From assembly GCF_006345805.1 (NCBI RefSeq), contig NC_043010.1:57598001-57662000 (forward strand): a DNA stretch of 64,000 nt, given 5' to 3'. Both the position numbers and the translations under genes were made by a program. The stretch comes from Octopus sinensis (taxonomy: Eukaryota). Below, piece after piece: positions 25,031-38,667 of the stretch. Below the pieces are notes generated by a model. It ran no database searches, was not told where the DNA came from, and was given only the letters and a program-made list of their open reading frames with translations. The first letter of the stretch is position 1; the number at the start of each line of letters is the position of its first letter.

Positions 25031-27384
25031 CAGTTTTGTGATAGTCTACTGGCAGTGTAATGACAGTGTAGTTTAAAAGAAATTGCGGTGATGGTGGTGA
25101 TGATAGTGTTGGTAATGGTGTGATCGTGGTGATAATGATGAACGTTTTAATGTAGAGGATGATGGTGATAGTGGTGGGACGGTGGTGATGGTGGTGTGTT
25201 GGTGTCAATCAACAGTATTTAAACTAATGAGAAACTGGTTGAGAAGTATTTAGGAAGATATTAATAAATTTCAGTAAAATGGTGATTGTAATTTACTAAA
25301 GTATAGTGGTGTATCAGTGGTGGTGGTGGTGGTGGTGATGGTGGTGGTGATAATAGTGATGGTGGTTTAGTAGTGTGGTTTACTGATAATGAGGGTATAG
25401 TTGTGGTGGTGGTGGTGGTGGTGAAGTGGTGGAGAGCTGGAGGGAGCGAGGGAGAGGAACGAGAAGTAGTCTTGTATGGGGGGAGAGGAGGGAGGGATGG
25501 GAAGAGGAAGGTGTCTGGTAAATTGGATAATTGAGGTGAGTATTAGAGTAGATTGGATAATTGGGGGGGAAGGGTAGAGGTGAGCAGTGTAAGGAGGTAG
25601 AAGTCACTTGGGAGGAGGGAAGGGGGATAAGAAGAGGAGGTGGGGATGAGAGAGAGAGAGAGAGAGAGAGAAGAGGGGTAGGGAGAGTGAATGAGGATGA
25701 GAGGGAGGAGAGACAAGACAAGAGAGAGAGGGATTGAGAAAGAGAGAGAGGAAATAGCAGGAGAAAAGGAATGAGAGAGACAGAGAGAGAAAGAAAAAAA
25801 AGGGGAAAAGAGAGAAAGAAGGAGAAAATAAGGGAGGGGGGAGGGGGGCAAAAAAGAAACTAGAAAACAACAAGAATCCAGGGAATTTGAAAAAAACTGA
25901 TTTAACAATGTGAAGATTGTTAAAAGTAATTAGATAATTGGATGGTGGTGGTGGTGGTGGTGGTTGTTGTTGTTGTTGATGGTGGAGGTGGCGAATCTGT
26001 CTATTTCTTTGTATTCACCTTAATGGCTGTTTGACAGCTTCTTTTGATGTGTGACTTGTACAGTACTGCTTCTACACCACACACACACACACACACACAC
26101 ACATTTACACGTCCACATGTATATATATATGCACATAGATGTATACACACACACACACTGATGCTTAGATCTGCACGCAAAGAAAAGAGGCAAAACCTGA
26201 ATGGATCCAGTCAGGTTTCTATGAGGAGTCCTCCAGTTTTTTTCAATCAATGGAACTCCATACACCTCCTAATGTAGTCTAAGTGGTTGAGTACTACACA
26301 GACACTTGGGCAACCATTTATGCAATCTTTAAGCAGAGTAACTATCTCTTACACATAAATATATACACACATATATATACACATTCATATATCTATCTAT
26401 ATATATATATATATACATATGTATGTATACATATATACATATATATACACACACACATACATATGTGTGTGTGTGTGTGTGTTATGTAGTTGTTGGTCAT
26501 GGCTAGTCAGAAAGTTACCACAGTTTTCATGTCTATTATTACTCTTAGCAGTTTAAGCAACTCAACAGGCCTACTGGCTGGAGGCAAATAATCTCTTTAC
26601 TACAGCCATAGTCAAGATGCTGGTGGCCAGAACAACCTGAAACCATACCTCAACAGAAGCGGAAGATGCTTTCAACATGGCAAGGACTCGAACAAATTCA
26701 CTTGATCTGGAGGTGGGGGTACTTCTTAAACTTTAGAAGTGAAGTATTTAGTTTTTGCCCTCATGAGAAAATGTTGAAGACATGGGCTTCCCCGCTTGCT
26801 GACAAGTGAATGGAAAACATATATAAACTGACCCTTTTCAGACACAACTGGAACCATTCAAAGGGAGATTGCTCAGTCTCATCCAGAAGAATTTTCACTT
26901 CAAAGTATTTTGTCTCAGTGGTTTTTTTCACCACCATGCTAACCAATACTGTATTCATACCTCCATTAGTAGAGAGGTTCCCTTCAGTCAGCAAGTCTCA
27001 TGAGTCGGCTATAATGCTAGAAGCAATAACAGATGCAAAATGAAGGGTAACTTTTAAATTAGTCGTAACCAATCACTACATATAATGTTACTGCTCAAGA
27101 TCAAAAAAAGTTTAGAGTGTACTTTTCTTAAGACTTATGAACAACTAAGCAATTATGTATACATATATATATATACATACACACACACACATACACACAC
27201 ACACATACAGACAGACACACAAACACACACATTATACCTGGGCCTTGCATGTCTTTCTCTCTCTCACTTTCCAGGTGGGCAAGCCATGTGTTCACCTCTT
27301 CAGCAAGACTCTTGCTCCTCTCTATCACAGTTCCCCTCTTCTGTTTATATTCTGCTCAGTTGAGGGATCTTATCTTGCACATAA

Positions 27385-27545
27385 TTGGTAACTTCACTGA
27401 TGCTGCTGCCACATAAAAAGCACCCAATACACTCTGTAAAGTAGTTGGCATTAAGAAGGGCATCCAGCAGTAGAAACTAGAACCTTGTTGAACCCTCCAA
27501 TCCATGCCAGCATGAGAAAAGGGATGATAAATTATGATGATGATA
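27385..27545 (+). mobile_element. RTE 3'-tail-only copy
   Basis: aaaaagcaccc...gttggcattaagaagggcatccagc...ccatgccagcatg...gatgat. Confidence 0.7.
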
Positions 27546-28094
27546 ATATATATAGGCACACAAGATGGCTGTGTGGTTAAGCATTTCACTACTTCCAAAC
27601 TCTATAGTCCTAGATATCATTTTACCCTGTAACAATTTAGGCAGTTGTCCCCATACAATATCCTGAGACAATAACCTCAGCTTTACCAATACAATAGGAG
27701 TGGAATTTGGTAGTCTGAAACTATTTAATCTCACTAAAAAACATAAAGGACAGAATTATTTTCTACCTGCTGACACACACTCAAATATCTTCTTAGGCAT
27801 TTTAGAAGAGACAAAAACAACAGTTCACACCAATGTGTATGTAACCACATGAAGATGCAATTATTGTAATTATCACAATTAAGAGTCATATCTTCTTAAT
27901 CTAGTAATTTGTACAAACGACTGAAAAGTCATTTGAATAAGATTAGAGCTCAGAAGTGTAATTCCTGTTTATCTCATGAATAAATCATTGTATATCACAA
28001 TCTACACATTTTTAATACAGTATTGTATCGAACACTTTAATATTTTCACCACAAAATTAGAAAAATTTCTATCTGTCTGTCTGTCTGTCTGTCA

Positions 28095-28134
<40 letters not shown>

Positions 28135-28170
28135 CTCTATATATGCTCTATATATATGTATAAATATATA

Positions 28171-28968
28171 AATGAAGCTAGTATGCTTTGCTGGATGTGC
28201 AATGTCAGTGTGCATGTTCAATAGACTGCAAGCATCCTGTGAGTAAAGTTGGGCATAAGAGACATCAGATGTGGTGTGTAAGAGAGACGAATATGCTGAT
28301 ATGGTCATGTGATGCATATGGACGAGGACAGCTGTGTAAAAAAGTGCCGATCTCTAACTGTGGAGAGAACCTGTGGTAGAGGTAGACCCAAGAAGACATG
28401 GGATGAGGTGATGAAGCATGATTTTTGAACTTTGGGCCTCACAGCGGCAATGACTAATGACCGAGACCTTTGGCGATATGCTGTGCTTGAGAAAACCCAT
28501 CAAGTCAAGTGAAATCGTAGTCATGACTGATGCCAGTGTCTCATAACTGGCACTTGTGCCGGTGGTACGTGAAATGCAATTTTCAAGTGTTGAGCCTCAC
28601 GGAGGCTCACTTGGCTGATGCCGGTAGCATGCGAAAAGCTGCTTTTGAGTGTTGGGCCTCATGGAGGCAATGACTGAAACCTTTGGTATTATGTCGTGCT
28701 TGAGAAGAAGACCCATCAAGGTGAGCTAAATTGCAGTCATGGCAGATACCAGTGTCACAAAAATGGTACCCATGCTGGTGACACATAAAGGCACCATTAC
28801 ACTTTCAGAGTGGTTAGTATTAGGAAAGGCATCCAACCATAGAGACCATGCCAAATTAGACCGAAGTCTGATGCAGCCTTCCAGCTTACCAGCCCTGGTC
28901 AAACAGTCCAACCCATGTCAGCATGGACAATGGACGCTAAATAATGATGATGATGATGATGATGATGA
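28171..28968 (+). mobile_element. Decayed 5'-truncated RTE copy (C-terminus + 3' UTR)
   Basis: aatgaagctagtatgct... is homologous to [11 protein letters not shown]. Also contains ggtagacccaagaagacatggg (GRPKKTW), the family 3' UTR and a (GAT)n tail. Confidence 0.85.
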
Positions 28969-29329
28969 TATATATACATACACAAACACACATATATATA
29001 CATATGTATATTCTTGCTTTTATTCCTTTACTTGTTTAAATCATTTGACTGTGGCCATGCTGGAGCACACTACCCTGAAGAATTTTAGTTGCAAAAATTG
29101 ACCCCAGGACTTACTTTTAAGCCTTGTATTTATTTTATCAGTCTGTTTTACCAAACCACTAAGTTACAGGGACATAAACACGTTAATATTGGTTGTGATG
29201 GAGGTGGGGACAAACACAAAAACAAAGAGGCACACACATAGATATATACATTTATATATATATGTGTGTGTATATATCTATTTCTATATCTGTATATATA
29301 TGCTGTTATTTTTATTGTTTTATTTTTTT

Positions 29330-29544
29330 CAGTCATTTGACTGCAGCCATGCTGGGGCACCACCTTTAGTTGAACAAATTAACCCCAGGACTTATTCTTT
29401 GTAAGCCTAGTACTTATTCTATTGGGCTCTTTTGCTGAACTGCTAAGTTATGGTGACATAAACACACAACATTGGTGTCAAGCGATGGTGGGGGACAAAC
29501 ACAGACACACAAATACATACATACATACATATATATATAATATA

Positions 29545-29611
<67 letters not shown>

Positions 29612-29810
29612 ATATATATATGTATATATATATATGTATATATACATACGATGAGCTTCTTTCAGTTTCCGTCTACCAAATCTACTCACAAGGCATTCGT
29701 CAGCCCGAAGCTATAGTACAAGACACATTCCCAAGGTGTCACACAGTGGGACTGAACCCAGGACGGTGTGGTTGGGAAGCAAGTTTTGTACCACACAGCC
29801 ACTCCTGTGA
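29330..29810 (-). mobile_element. Family B SINE with expanded internal (TA)n; a second 3' half at 29030-29225
   Basis: Reverse complement of the 35848-36200 head and tail modules. Confidence 0.8.
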
Positions 29811-30230
29811 CTAAGTCACAATATATGGATTCAAATAATCCCAGTATTACTCATTAAAAAAAGCCCCTTAATGTTTCATTCCACAAAACACAGAGAAAAA
29901 AAGAGAAAAACATAAGGAGTGTATAAAGTCATGTAAGACAGAGAACTAACTTGATGAAACTTCATTTAACAATCAATTTATGAGTTTCCTCTCTTCAGAC
30001 CAAAACTATAATTACTTCTTAATATTTTAATAAATCTCACTTCTCATCTTAAAAAACTGTTTCATTAATTTCAATTTTTTTAAATGCTTACTTATATCTT
30101 CAAATTTCTAGAAAATTTTAAAATTTAATATCGTTCATATTTTCTTGTTGATATCAATCCCTATATTTTATAAATGCTCTCTCTAAATACTTTTATTTAG
30201 TTTTATTTTGTTATTATTATTATAATTATA

Positions 30231-30281
<51 letters not shown>

Positions 30282-30740
30282 TTTGTCTGTTTTTACGATC
30301 TTTATTTTCTAGATTTTTAGTAATAAATATATCTCTTTCTTTTATTGTACTAATAATATCTACTAGTTACTTTTTAATTACATTACTAAAATTCTTTTCC
30401 ATTTATTAGACAATTATCTTATTTTATATCAATTTTATTATTATTGTCTTCTATAACCTTTTAGATATTTATTTTGTAATGTTATGTTGAGAATTTACTA
30501 TTTGACAAAGACTTTCTTTCACCTGGGGATCTAACTTACCTTCTAATATATTTTGAAAGATTTTTAACATTTTGCTTATATGCAGATATGTAAGTAATTT
30601 ATTCATCATTAAATGTAATAATATAAACTATTTACATGTTTTTAAGTTATGAAACAATTTGTAATATTTGAGTTTTCTTATTGTTAAATAAAGTTTCATC
30701 AAACTATATCTCCGTCATTTATGACTTTATACATATATTC

Positions 30741-30784
<44 letters not shown>

Positions 30785-30910
30785 TGGGCTTCTTTTAGTT
30801 TCTGTCTACCAAATCCACTTACAAAAACTGTAGTAGAAAACATTTGCCCAAAGTACCCCAGCATGGCCACAGTTGAATGACTGAAACAAGTAAAAGATCA
30901 AAGATAAAAG

Positions 30911-30941
<31 letters not shown>

Positions 30942-31331
30942 CATATGTATGTATTATGTATGTATATATGTGTGTGTGAAATCATAACCACCATTGCCAA
31001 GTGAAGATCCTGACCTTGTAATATGCCCCAGGATTCAAGTTCATATATTACCTAACTTATATTATTTTAGAAACCAGAAAAGTGGGATTTGATGGAGATT
31101 TAGCTGTGATGTTCAGCACATTGGGTGTTGATGTAAAATTTGATTTCTTTCAGGAGGTCACACTTTAGGGTTTCCAATTTGCAGATTCCCTATTTTTGCA
31201 ATAAAAGGTCTTTTTTAATTTTTGTCAACATTACCAACTAAAACTGGTTACATCCTTAAACAGATTACACAACAATAAACCAATTTATATAAGATAGACC
31301 CAATGAATAATTAAATATACTAATATACTAA

Positions 31332-31950
31332 TGGCATCCCTGTACAGCTCTTATTAACCACTTGTCAATCCCCAGTTTCCACATCACCCACCAGATAAGG
31401 GATTGGGGGACCCTGTCAAAGGCTTTCTCCAAGTCAACAAAAGCCAAGTATAGGGGTTTATCTTTGGCTAGATATTTCTCCTGCAGTTGCTGTACCAGGA
31501 ACATAGCATCAGTGGTGCTTCTACCTGGCACAAAACTGAACTGAATCTCAATTAAGCAGACTCTCTCCCAAACTAGTTGGGCTATGATCCTCTCTGTGAC
31601 CTTCATCATCTGATCCAGCAGTTTGATACCCTGTAGTTATTTATATCTAGAGCATCACCTTTACCCTTGTAGCAGTTGACTATGGTGCTGCTATGCCAGT
31701 TATTGGGTATGACTCCTTTGTGAACTACCTGGTTTACAATACGGGTGACTAGGCCATGACCCACACCACCAGATGTTTTAAGCATCTCAACAGTGATTCC
31801 TGATGGGCTTTTCGTGACTTCATATCCTTAATTGCTTTATCTACCAGGGTGCTATCTATTCAGGTAGCTGATCCTTCTACTGAGTCAACATTTGGCAGGC
31901 TCTCCTCCTCCCATTCCTTCTCCAAATTCAGCAGCCTTTCATAATGGCTT
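31332..31950 (-). mobile_element. RTE RT fragment
   Basis: ORF 31328-31609 (QFSFVPGRSTTDAMF...LYLAFVDLEKAFDRVP) is collinear with 39840-40410. Confidence 0.9.
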
Positions 31951-32028
31951 CTCCAGGACTCTTTTTTTGCAGAATCATTAAAAGCAAGAAGATATAAAGT
32001 AAATATAAAATGCATACACACACACATT

Positions 32029-32128
<100 letters not shown>

Positions 32129-33016
32129 TATAGATAGATAGATAGACAGACAGAAATACAATGGGCTTCTTTCAGTTTCCATTTATCAAATCCACTTGCA
32201 CAGCTTTGGTCAGCCTGGGGCTATAGAAGAAGACACTTGCTCAAAGTGCCATAGAGTGGAACTGAACCCAAAACCACATGTTTGGGGAAGCAAGCCTTGT
32301 AACTACAGCATCAGTTTTAGTCAGGGACTTATTTCATTGATCTTTATTGTATGGATGGCTAAGTCAGTTTTTGGCAAAAAGAAATACAACTCAACACTTT
32401 TGCAAAGGTTTTCTTTCACAAAAGCAGACTCACAACACACAAACATTCATAAATATATAGTATTTATCATCAAAATTACACTCACAATATATTGGACAAT
32501 GTGAGGTTACAGCAGAGGAGATTGGCCCAAGGTGCTGGTGTGTGAGTTTGAACCCAGAACCATAAGGTTGTGAGATGAATCTGCTTAGCCAGAAGAGTAT
32601 GTCAGAAATGAAAGCTGCTCCGCTGCAATAAGCTAAGTTTTAATATTTTACAGACCAGGAAGTTCAGAACTAGCCATTCATCTGTGACATCACTACTGCC
32701 ATCTGGTGACAGATTCACCAATATCCAGTCACTGGACTGTAACATCACTGCCCCCTGGTGTTGGATTCTACTGTTCCAAGTAGGCAGCTCAGACACAATC
32801 AGTTGAAATAAATCCATTGGTAGTTCACTGCCCCCTGGTGTCAGCTTGTGTCACATAAAGTGGTAGGGGAGATAATTAATAGCCTGATAGCAGGAAGGAT
32901 GCTGCCCAAGGTAAGAGAGGCATGGAATCATTGATTTATAGATAATTAGTAGCTAAGAATTGGTTGACAGCTGTACATGCATGCAGGGCTCAAACACACA
33001 CACACACTCACACTTT

Positions 33017-33103
<87 letters not shown>

Positions 33104-33899
33104 TAATATATATATATATATATAATATATATATATATGTATATATATATATACATATATATATGCTTACATGCTCACACTTATACACATGTGTGTATAT
33201 GTACATGTATGTGTGTGTGTGTTTATATAATATATATATATATACACACATACATATATACATACATATACATATATATATATATATATGGCTGTGGAAT
33301 AGTATTATAACACGCCCTTTGATATGTAGATATGTGTGTGTATGTATGAATATACATATATGTATGTATATGCATATATATATATATTTTATATATATAT
33401 ATATATATTCATACATGTATATATAAGTGTGTGTGTATATATATATGACTGGAATAGTATTATAACATTCTTTTGATATATATATGTGTGTATGTGTGTG
33501 TGTTTGTGTGTAAAAGTGTATGCATGTGTATATATGTATGTGTGTGGGTATAATGGCAGTTAATATTGGAAAAGAATGAGATGCACCTAAAGCCAAGGAA
33601 GTAGAAAATGCTGTAGAAGAGAATGGCAATATTTATTGAGCAATGGGTTCAAATGAGTCACTACTCAGAACTTCTTGTTCCTGATCCTCAGTTGATCAGG
33701 AAGAAGACACAACAATATATATATAGGAATAGAAATGGTATTATTTCTAAATCTCTGAAACAGAGACATTCAGTAACAGTTCTTTAAAGTAAAGGCTATT
33801 TGTCCCCATGATGTGGCTGTCCTGAAAGGGACGAATGTTACTGGTGTTTTTAGTCCCAAGAACCATCGTTTCTAGCTGGCTATATGACACTCTGTGTCC

Positions 33900-34105
33900 T
33901 TCATCATCATCATCATCATCATCATCATCGTTTAACGTCCGTTTTCCGCGCTAGCATGGGTTGGACGGTTCGACCAGGGTCTGGGAAGCCAAGAGGCTGT
34001 ACCAGGCTCCGGTCTAATCTGGAAATGTTTCTACGGCTGGATGCTCTTCCTAACGCCAACCACTCCGCGAGTGTAGTGGGTGCTTTTTACGTGCCACCGG
34101 CACAT
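33900..34105 (-). mobile_element. RTE 3'-tail-only copy
   Basis: (CAT)n cgtttaacgtccgttttccgcgctagcatgggttggacgg...gtgctttttacgtgccaccggcac. Confidence 0.85.
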
Positions 34106-34546
34106 GTGACCTATATATATATATATATATATATCAATAATATATAAATATATGCATATATACATACATATATGTACATACTTACATATATATGTATATA
34201 TACATGCATATATGGGTATGGGACATCAAATAAACGTGGTCAGAATGAGAAACGAGAACATAAAAAACAATAACATAGAAAATGAATTTTTCGAACAACG
34301 AAAAAAACAAACAGAGAAATGAGACATGCAACATAAAGAAAATTCCCTTCATCAGTTGTCCCCTGTTTTATCTACTCCATGTTTTGAAGGTAAGGATAAG
34401 ATGCAACTTCGTTAAAACAGTCCATAGTTTACCCTGGGTGCACTGAATGGAATTATTTCAAACTCCTTTCCTACATATTGAATAGGGACATTTACCTGAT
34501 GGAAAGTAGTTAACAACAACTTTTGGATTTGTTAGGTTAACTTACG

Positions 34547-34905
34547 AAGGCCTTTTGATTCCAGGTTTTGCTTCCATACCTGGAATTTCTTCTTTAATTC
34601 TGCTACAGATTCAGCAATAAGAGTGAGGTCATCAGCATATAGTAGTTCCCATGGGCATCCCATTTTGAAGTACTATGATAAATTATAATGGTCTCAGAAC
34701 TGTGCCCTGGTGGACCCCTACTTGTATGCTAAATTCATCACTGTATTAAGGGTTGATCCTCACCCTACTGACAGCCCTGCTGTACATGGCTTTACAGCTC
34801 TAACAAGCCACTCATGTACTCCCAACTTGCTGAGAGACCACCAGATAACAGAGCGAGGGACTCAGTCAAAAGCTTTCTCAAGATTGACAAAAGCCAAGTA
34901 CACTT
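34547..34905 (-). mobile_element. RTE RT fragment (decayed)
   Basis: Homologous to 39530-39900: catcagcatatagtagttcccatgggcatcc encodes GCPWELLYADD on the minus strand. Confidence 0.8.
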
Positions 34906-35283
34906 ATAAAAACAATTACAATGTAATGTAGGTAATACTTATTTTTCAAGTAATTTACCAGTTATGCCATTCAGTAAGTAAATAATACATAAATAATAAT
35001 AGTAACGATGATGATGATGATGATGATAATGATCATATATAAATGTATATATATATATATATATATCCTTAAAAATGTTTCAGCCAAAAAGCTGCGGCCA
35101 TGCTAGGGCACCACTGTTCAATGTGCTACACTAGTATGTGAAATGACCTCTGATACGAGGCACTTGGTCAACAAGGGAGTTCGACACCACTGCTCGCATC
35201 TATACTTCCTGCCGACAGGCAAGTTCATCTTGAACCCCTGACAAGATGAGATCCAGTTTAGTTTTAAAGTTTTATATATATAC

Positions 35284-35340
<57 letters not shown>

Positions 35341-35847
35341 GACACAAGTATGGATATATGTTTGTGCCTGGAAATCAAAACAAAGACTCATGTATCCCAT
35401 GTCCAGGTGTAATAAATACAGGTATTTCTTTAGTTGTGTCGTGAGCAGAATGATTAAGGTAAGATTGATCATAGCAATTAACTTAAACAGCAGATGATAT
35501 ATTGTGTTGTGACATTCATTCAGATCTGTTGGTAAATATAGGGGAGAGAGCTACACTGCTCAAATTGAAGAGGGTCTCACAGATTTTTTAAGATATCCCT
35601 TCTTTCCCCTCCCCCCCTACAAACAACAATCTCTTCATTATCCTAAGTACATACTGTGTACATGTTCATGTCTGAGTATGCGTGGACGGGATGCCGAGTG
35701 CACTCTTACTGAAGGACAAACAGCCAAAGCCCAGAAGCCGAATGGACACAGTAATAAAAAGAAAAATTCTACCAACATAGTTTAATGACCAATTCACCAA
35801 TTTGGCACTTAAGATTTAACGAGTTTAAATTTTAATTTTCACATTTT

Positions 35848-36222
35848 AGGCGCAGGAGTGGCTGTGTGGTAAGTAGCTTGCTAACCAACCACATGGTTCC
35901 GGGTTCAGTCCCACTGCGTGGCATCTTGGGCAAGTGTCTTCTGCTATAGCCCCGGGCCGACCAATGCCTTGTGAGTGGATTTGGTAGACGGAAACTGAAA
36001 GAAGCCTGTCGATGTGTATGTGTGTGTGTTTGTCCCCCTAGCATTGCTTGACAACCGATGCTGGTGTGTTTACGTCCCCGTCACTTAGCGGTTCGGCAAA
36101 AGAGACCGATAGAATAAGTACTGGGCTTACAAAGAATAAGTCCTGGGGTCGATTTCCTTGACTAAAGGCGGTGCTCCAGCATGGCTGCAGTCAAATGACT
36201 GAAACAAGTAAAAGAGTAAAAG
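35848..36222 (+). mobile_element. tRNA-derived SINE (family B; CORE-like central segment)
   Basis: A-box tggctgtgtggt, B-box gggttcagtccc, and gtggcatcttgggcaagtgtc, which resembles the CORE-SINE domain. Internal (TG)n and a 3' module ending gcagtcaaatgactgaaacaagtaaaag. Resemblance to the octopus OR2 SINE is from memory and unverified. Confidence 0.8.
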
Positions 36223-36483
36223 AGTATTATGTCTTTTTGGCATCTTGTCCATTTGGCTTTATGTCCCTTCGGCATTTGTTCATTTGGCGGCTTCTTGTCC
36301 TTCAGCATCCCATCCATGTACCATGCATACACACACACACACACATACTCTCATATATATTGGTTTCTAGTTCAATCACACAGCATGGCATCTTGGATAA
36401 CTGTCTTCTGTTACAGACCCCTGCTATCTAAAGCCTCCTTAATGCTTTTAGTAGACAAAATCTGAAAGAAGCCTATCATCCAC

Positions 36484-36516
<33 letters not shown>

Positions 36517-36669
36517 ACCACATATCTGTGTGTGTGTTTAAGCTTGTGTCTCCTTGCCTTGGGATAGTCGTAAATGAGTGTCACAGTCATATAAGCAGTG
36601 TCATTCAAACCCAACATCCTGAAAAACCATGCCTGGACACTGGGAAATATTATCTTCCTTAGAAACAAT

Positions 36670-36790
36670 TAAGGGTTGGCAACAGAAAAGGCACCCAGCC
36701 ATAGGAAGTCCGCCTCAGTAAAATCCATCTGATCCATGAGAGCAGGAAAGAGTGGATGCTAATGTGATGATGATGAGGAGGAAGAGGAGG
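36670..36790 (+). mobile_element. Degenerate RTE 3'-tail copy
   Basis: gggttggcaacagaaaaggcacccagccatagg...gtggatgctaatgtgatgatg. Confidence 0.55.
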
Positions 36791-37092
36791 ATGACAATGA
36801 TGATGACAATGATGATGATGATGTAGGCATATCTGTGAATTTAAGAATTTTGCTTTGTAACTTCCCGGTTCCATGTTCAATCCCACTGCATGACTGTGTT
36901 GGACCCTGTAGTTCCTACTTTCAGTCATATCAAAAGGAAATTTCGCTTCCCTAAGATTAATTGGTAGCATTGGCATGAAACTTAGGCGGTTGTTCCTGTT
37001 GCCTGAGTAACGTTTAGAGGTGACTTACAACTTTTCTATATGAGCTGAATTCTTTTCACTAGTTCAAAATTATCTTCAATATTTTAATAAAG

Positions 37093-37193
<101 letters not shown>

Positions 37194-37224
37194 TTATATA
37201 GATACACTCACACAAATCGACACA

Positions 37225-37265
<41 letters not shown>

Positions 37266-37735
37266 GCACACACACATATGTATGCATACATATAAATACA
37301 TATGTCTGTACATATAAAGGCACATAACGTGTTGATCCTTTTGTGAATTAAACTTGATTAAGATGAAGTAAGATGTTGAGTTCGTGTATGTCCCATTGTC
37401 TGTGGATATTAAAATGATGATAACAACACACACATACACACACACACATACACACACACATTCAAAACCCTTGTTATTTTGCAGTCCAATTGTATGTGAG
37501 ACTAGTTCTTCAACGGAGTCTGTGAACAATCTCACTGATTCACAGAATGGTCATAATTGTTGACTTACAACTGTAAAAGTACAAATACCTCAATTCAGTT
37601 TATGCTCAAATGTTACAATAATATTGTCTGAACTCATTTCATACTAAGGCTCCTTCAACCAACACTGTTATACAATTATGAATATATATCTAATTTTTCA
37701 TACAATTCATAAATATATATAATTCATATACATTT

Positions 37736-37826
<91 letters not shown>

Positions 37827-37865
37827 CATACATACATACATACATACATACATCATACATACATA

Positions 37866-38032
37866 TATCATCATCATCTAATGTCTGTTTTCCATGCAAG
37901 CATGGGTTGGACGGTTTGACCGGGGTCTGGGAAGCCAGGAGGTTGCACCAGGCTCCAGTCTGATCTGGCAGTGTTTCTACAGCTGGATGCCCTTCCTAAT
38001 GCCAACCACTCCATGAATGTAGTGGGTGCTTT
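37866..38032 (-). mobile_element. RTE 3'-tail-only copy directly beside the large RTE
   Basis: Same tail sequence as 38075-38235. Confidence 0.85.
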
Positions 38033-38667
38033 TAAACAACAATGATGATGATGATATCATCATCATCATCATCATCATTTAGCGTCCGTTTTCCATGCTA
38101 GCATGGGTTGGACGGTTCTACTGGGGTCTGTGAAGCCAGAAGGCTTCATCAGGCCCAGTCAAATCTGGCAGTGTTTCTACGGCTGGATGCCCTTCCTAAC
38201 GCCAACCACTCCGTGAGTGTAGTGGGTGCTTTTTACGTGCCACCCGCACTGGTGCCAGACAGAGCTGGCAAACGGCCACGAACGGATGGTGCTTTTTATG
38301 TGCCACCGGCACGAGGGCCAGGCGAGGCTGGCAACGGACACGAAACGGGGCGGTGCTGGCAACGGTCGCGAAACGGAAAGTTCTCTTACATGCCACCGGC
38401 ACTGGTAACACATCTGCAATTTCCATTGATCGATTTCCATTGATCGATTTCGATTCTGATCCTCACTTGCCTCAATGGGTCTTCACAAGCAGAGTTTCGA
38501 CATGCCACCGGCACTGGTAGCACATCCGCAATTTCCATTGATCGATTTCGATTCTGATCCTCACTTGCCTCAACACGTCTTCACAAGTAGAGTTTTGTGT
38601 CCCAAGAAGGGAAGGTATGCATACGTAGGCTGGCTCCATCCCATGTAGAAGGCCACGGGTTGTGGAC

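Noticed and set aside
24468-25208. 246-aa Cys/His-rich repeat ORF (TLSLHCHY...)
   Set aside because: It arises from an 11-bp minisatellite whose period is not a multiple of 3.
26590-27050. Several plausible splice-site pairs on both strands (e.g. MARTRTNSLDLE|gt; minus HYSRLMRLAD*)
   Set aside because: The candidates conflict, contain in-frame stops and show no domain similarity.
29990-30720. Extremely AT-rich stretch as an organellar insertion
   Set aside because: No recognisable mitochondrial gene, rRNA or tRNA motif.
35337-35460. YGYMFVPGNQNKDSCIPCP peptide and a 25-nt AG/GT segment
   Set aside because: The acceptor lies within (TA)n or has a very short pyrimidine tract. Insufficient support.
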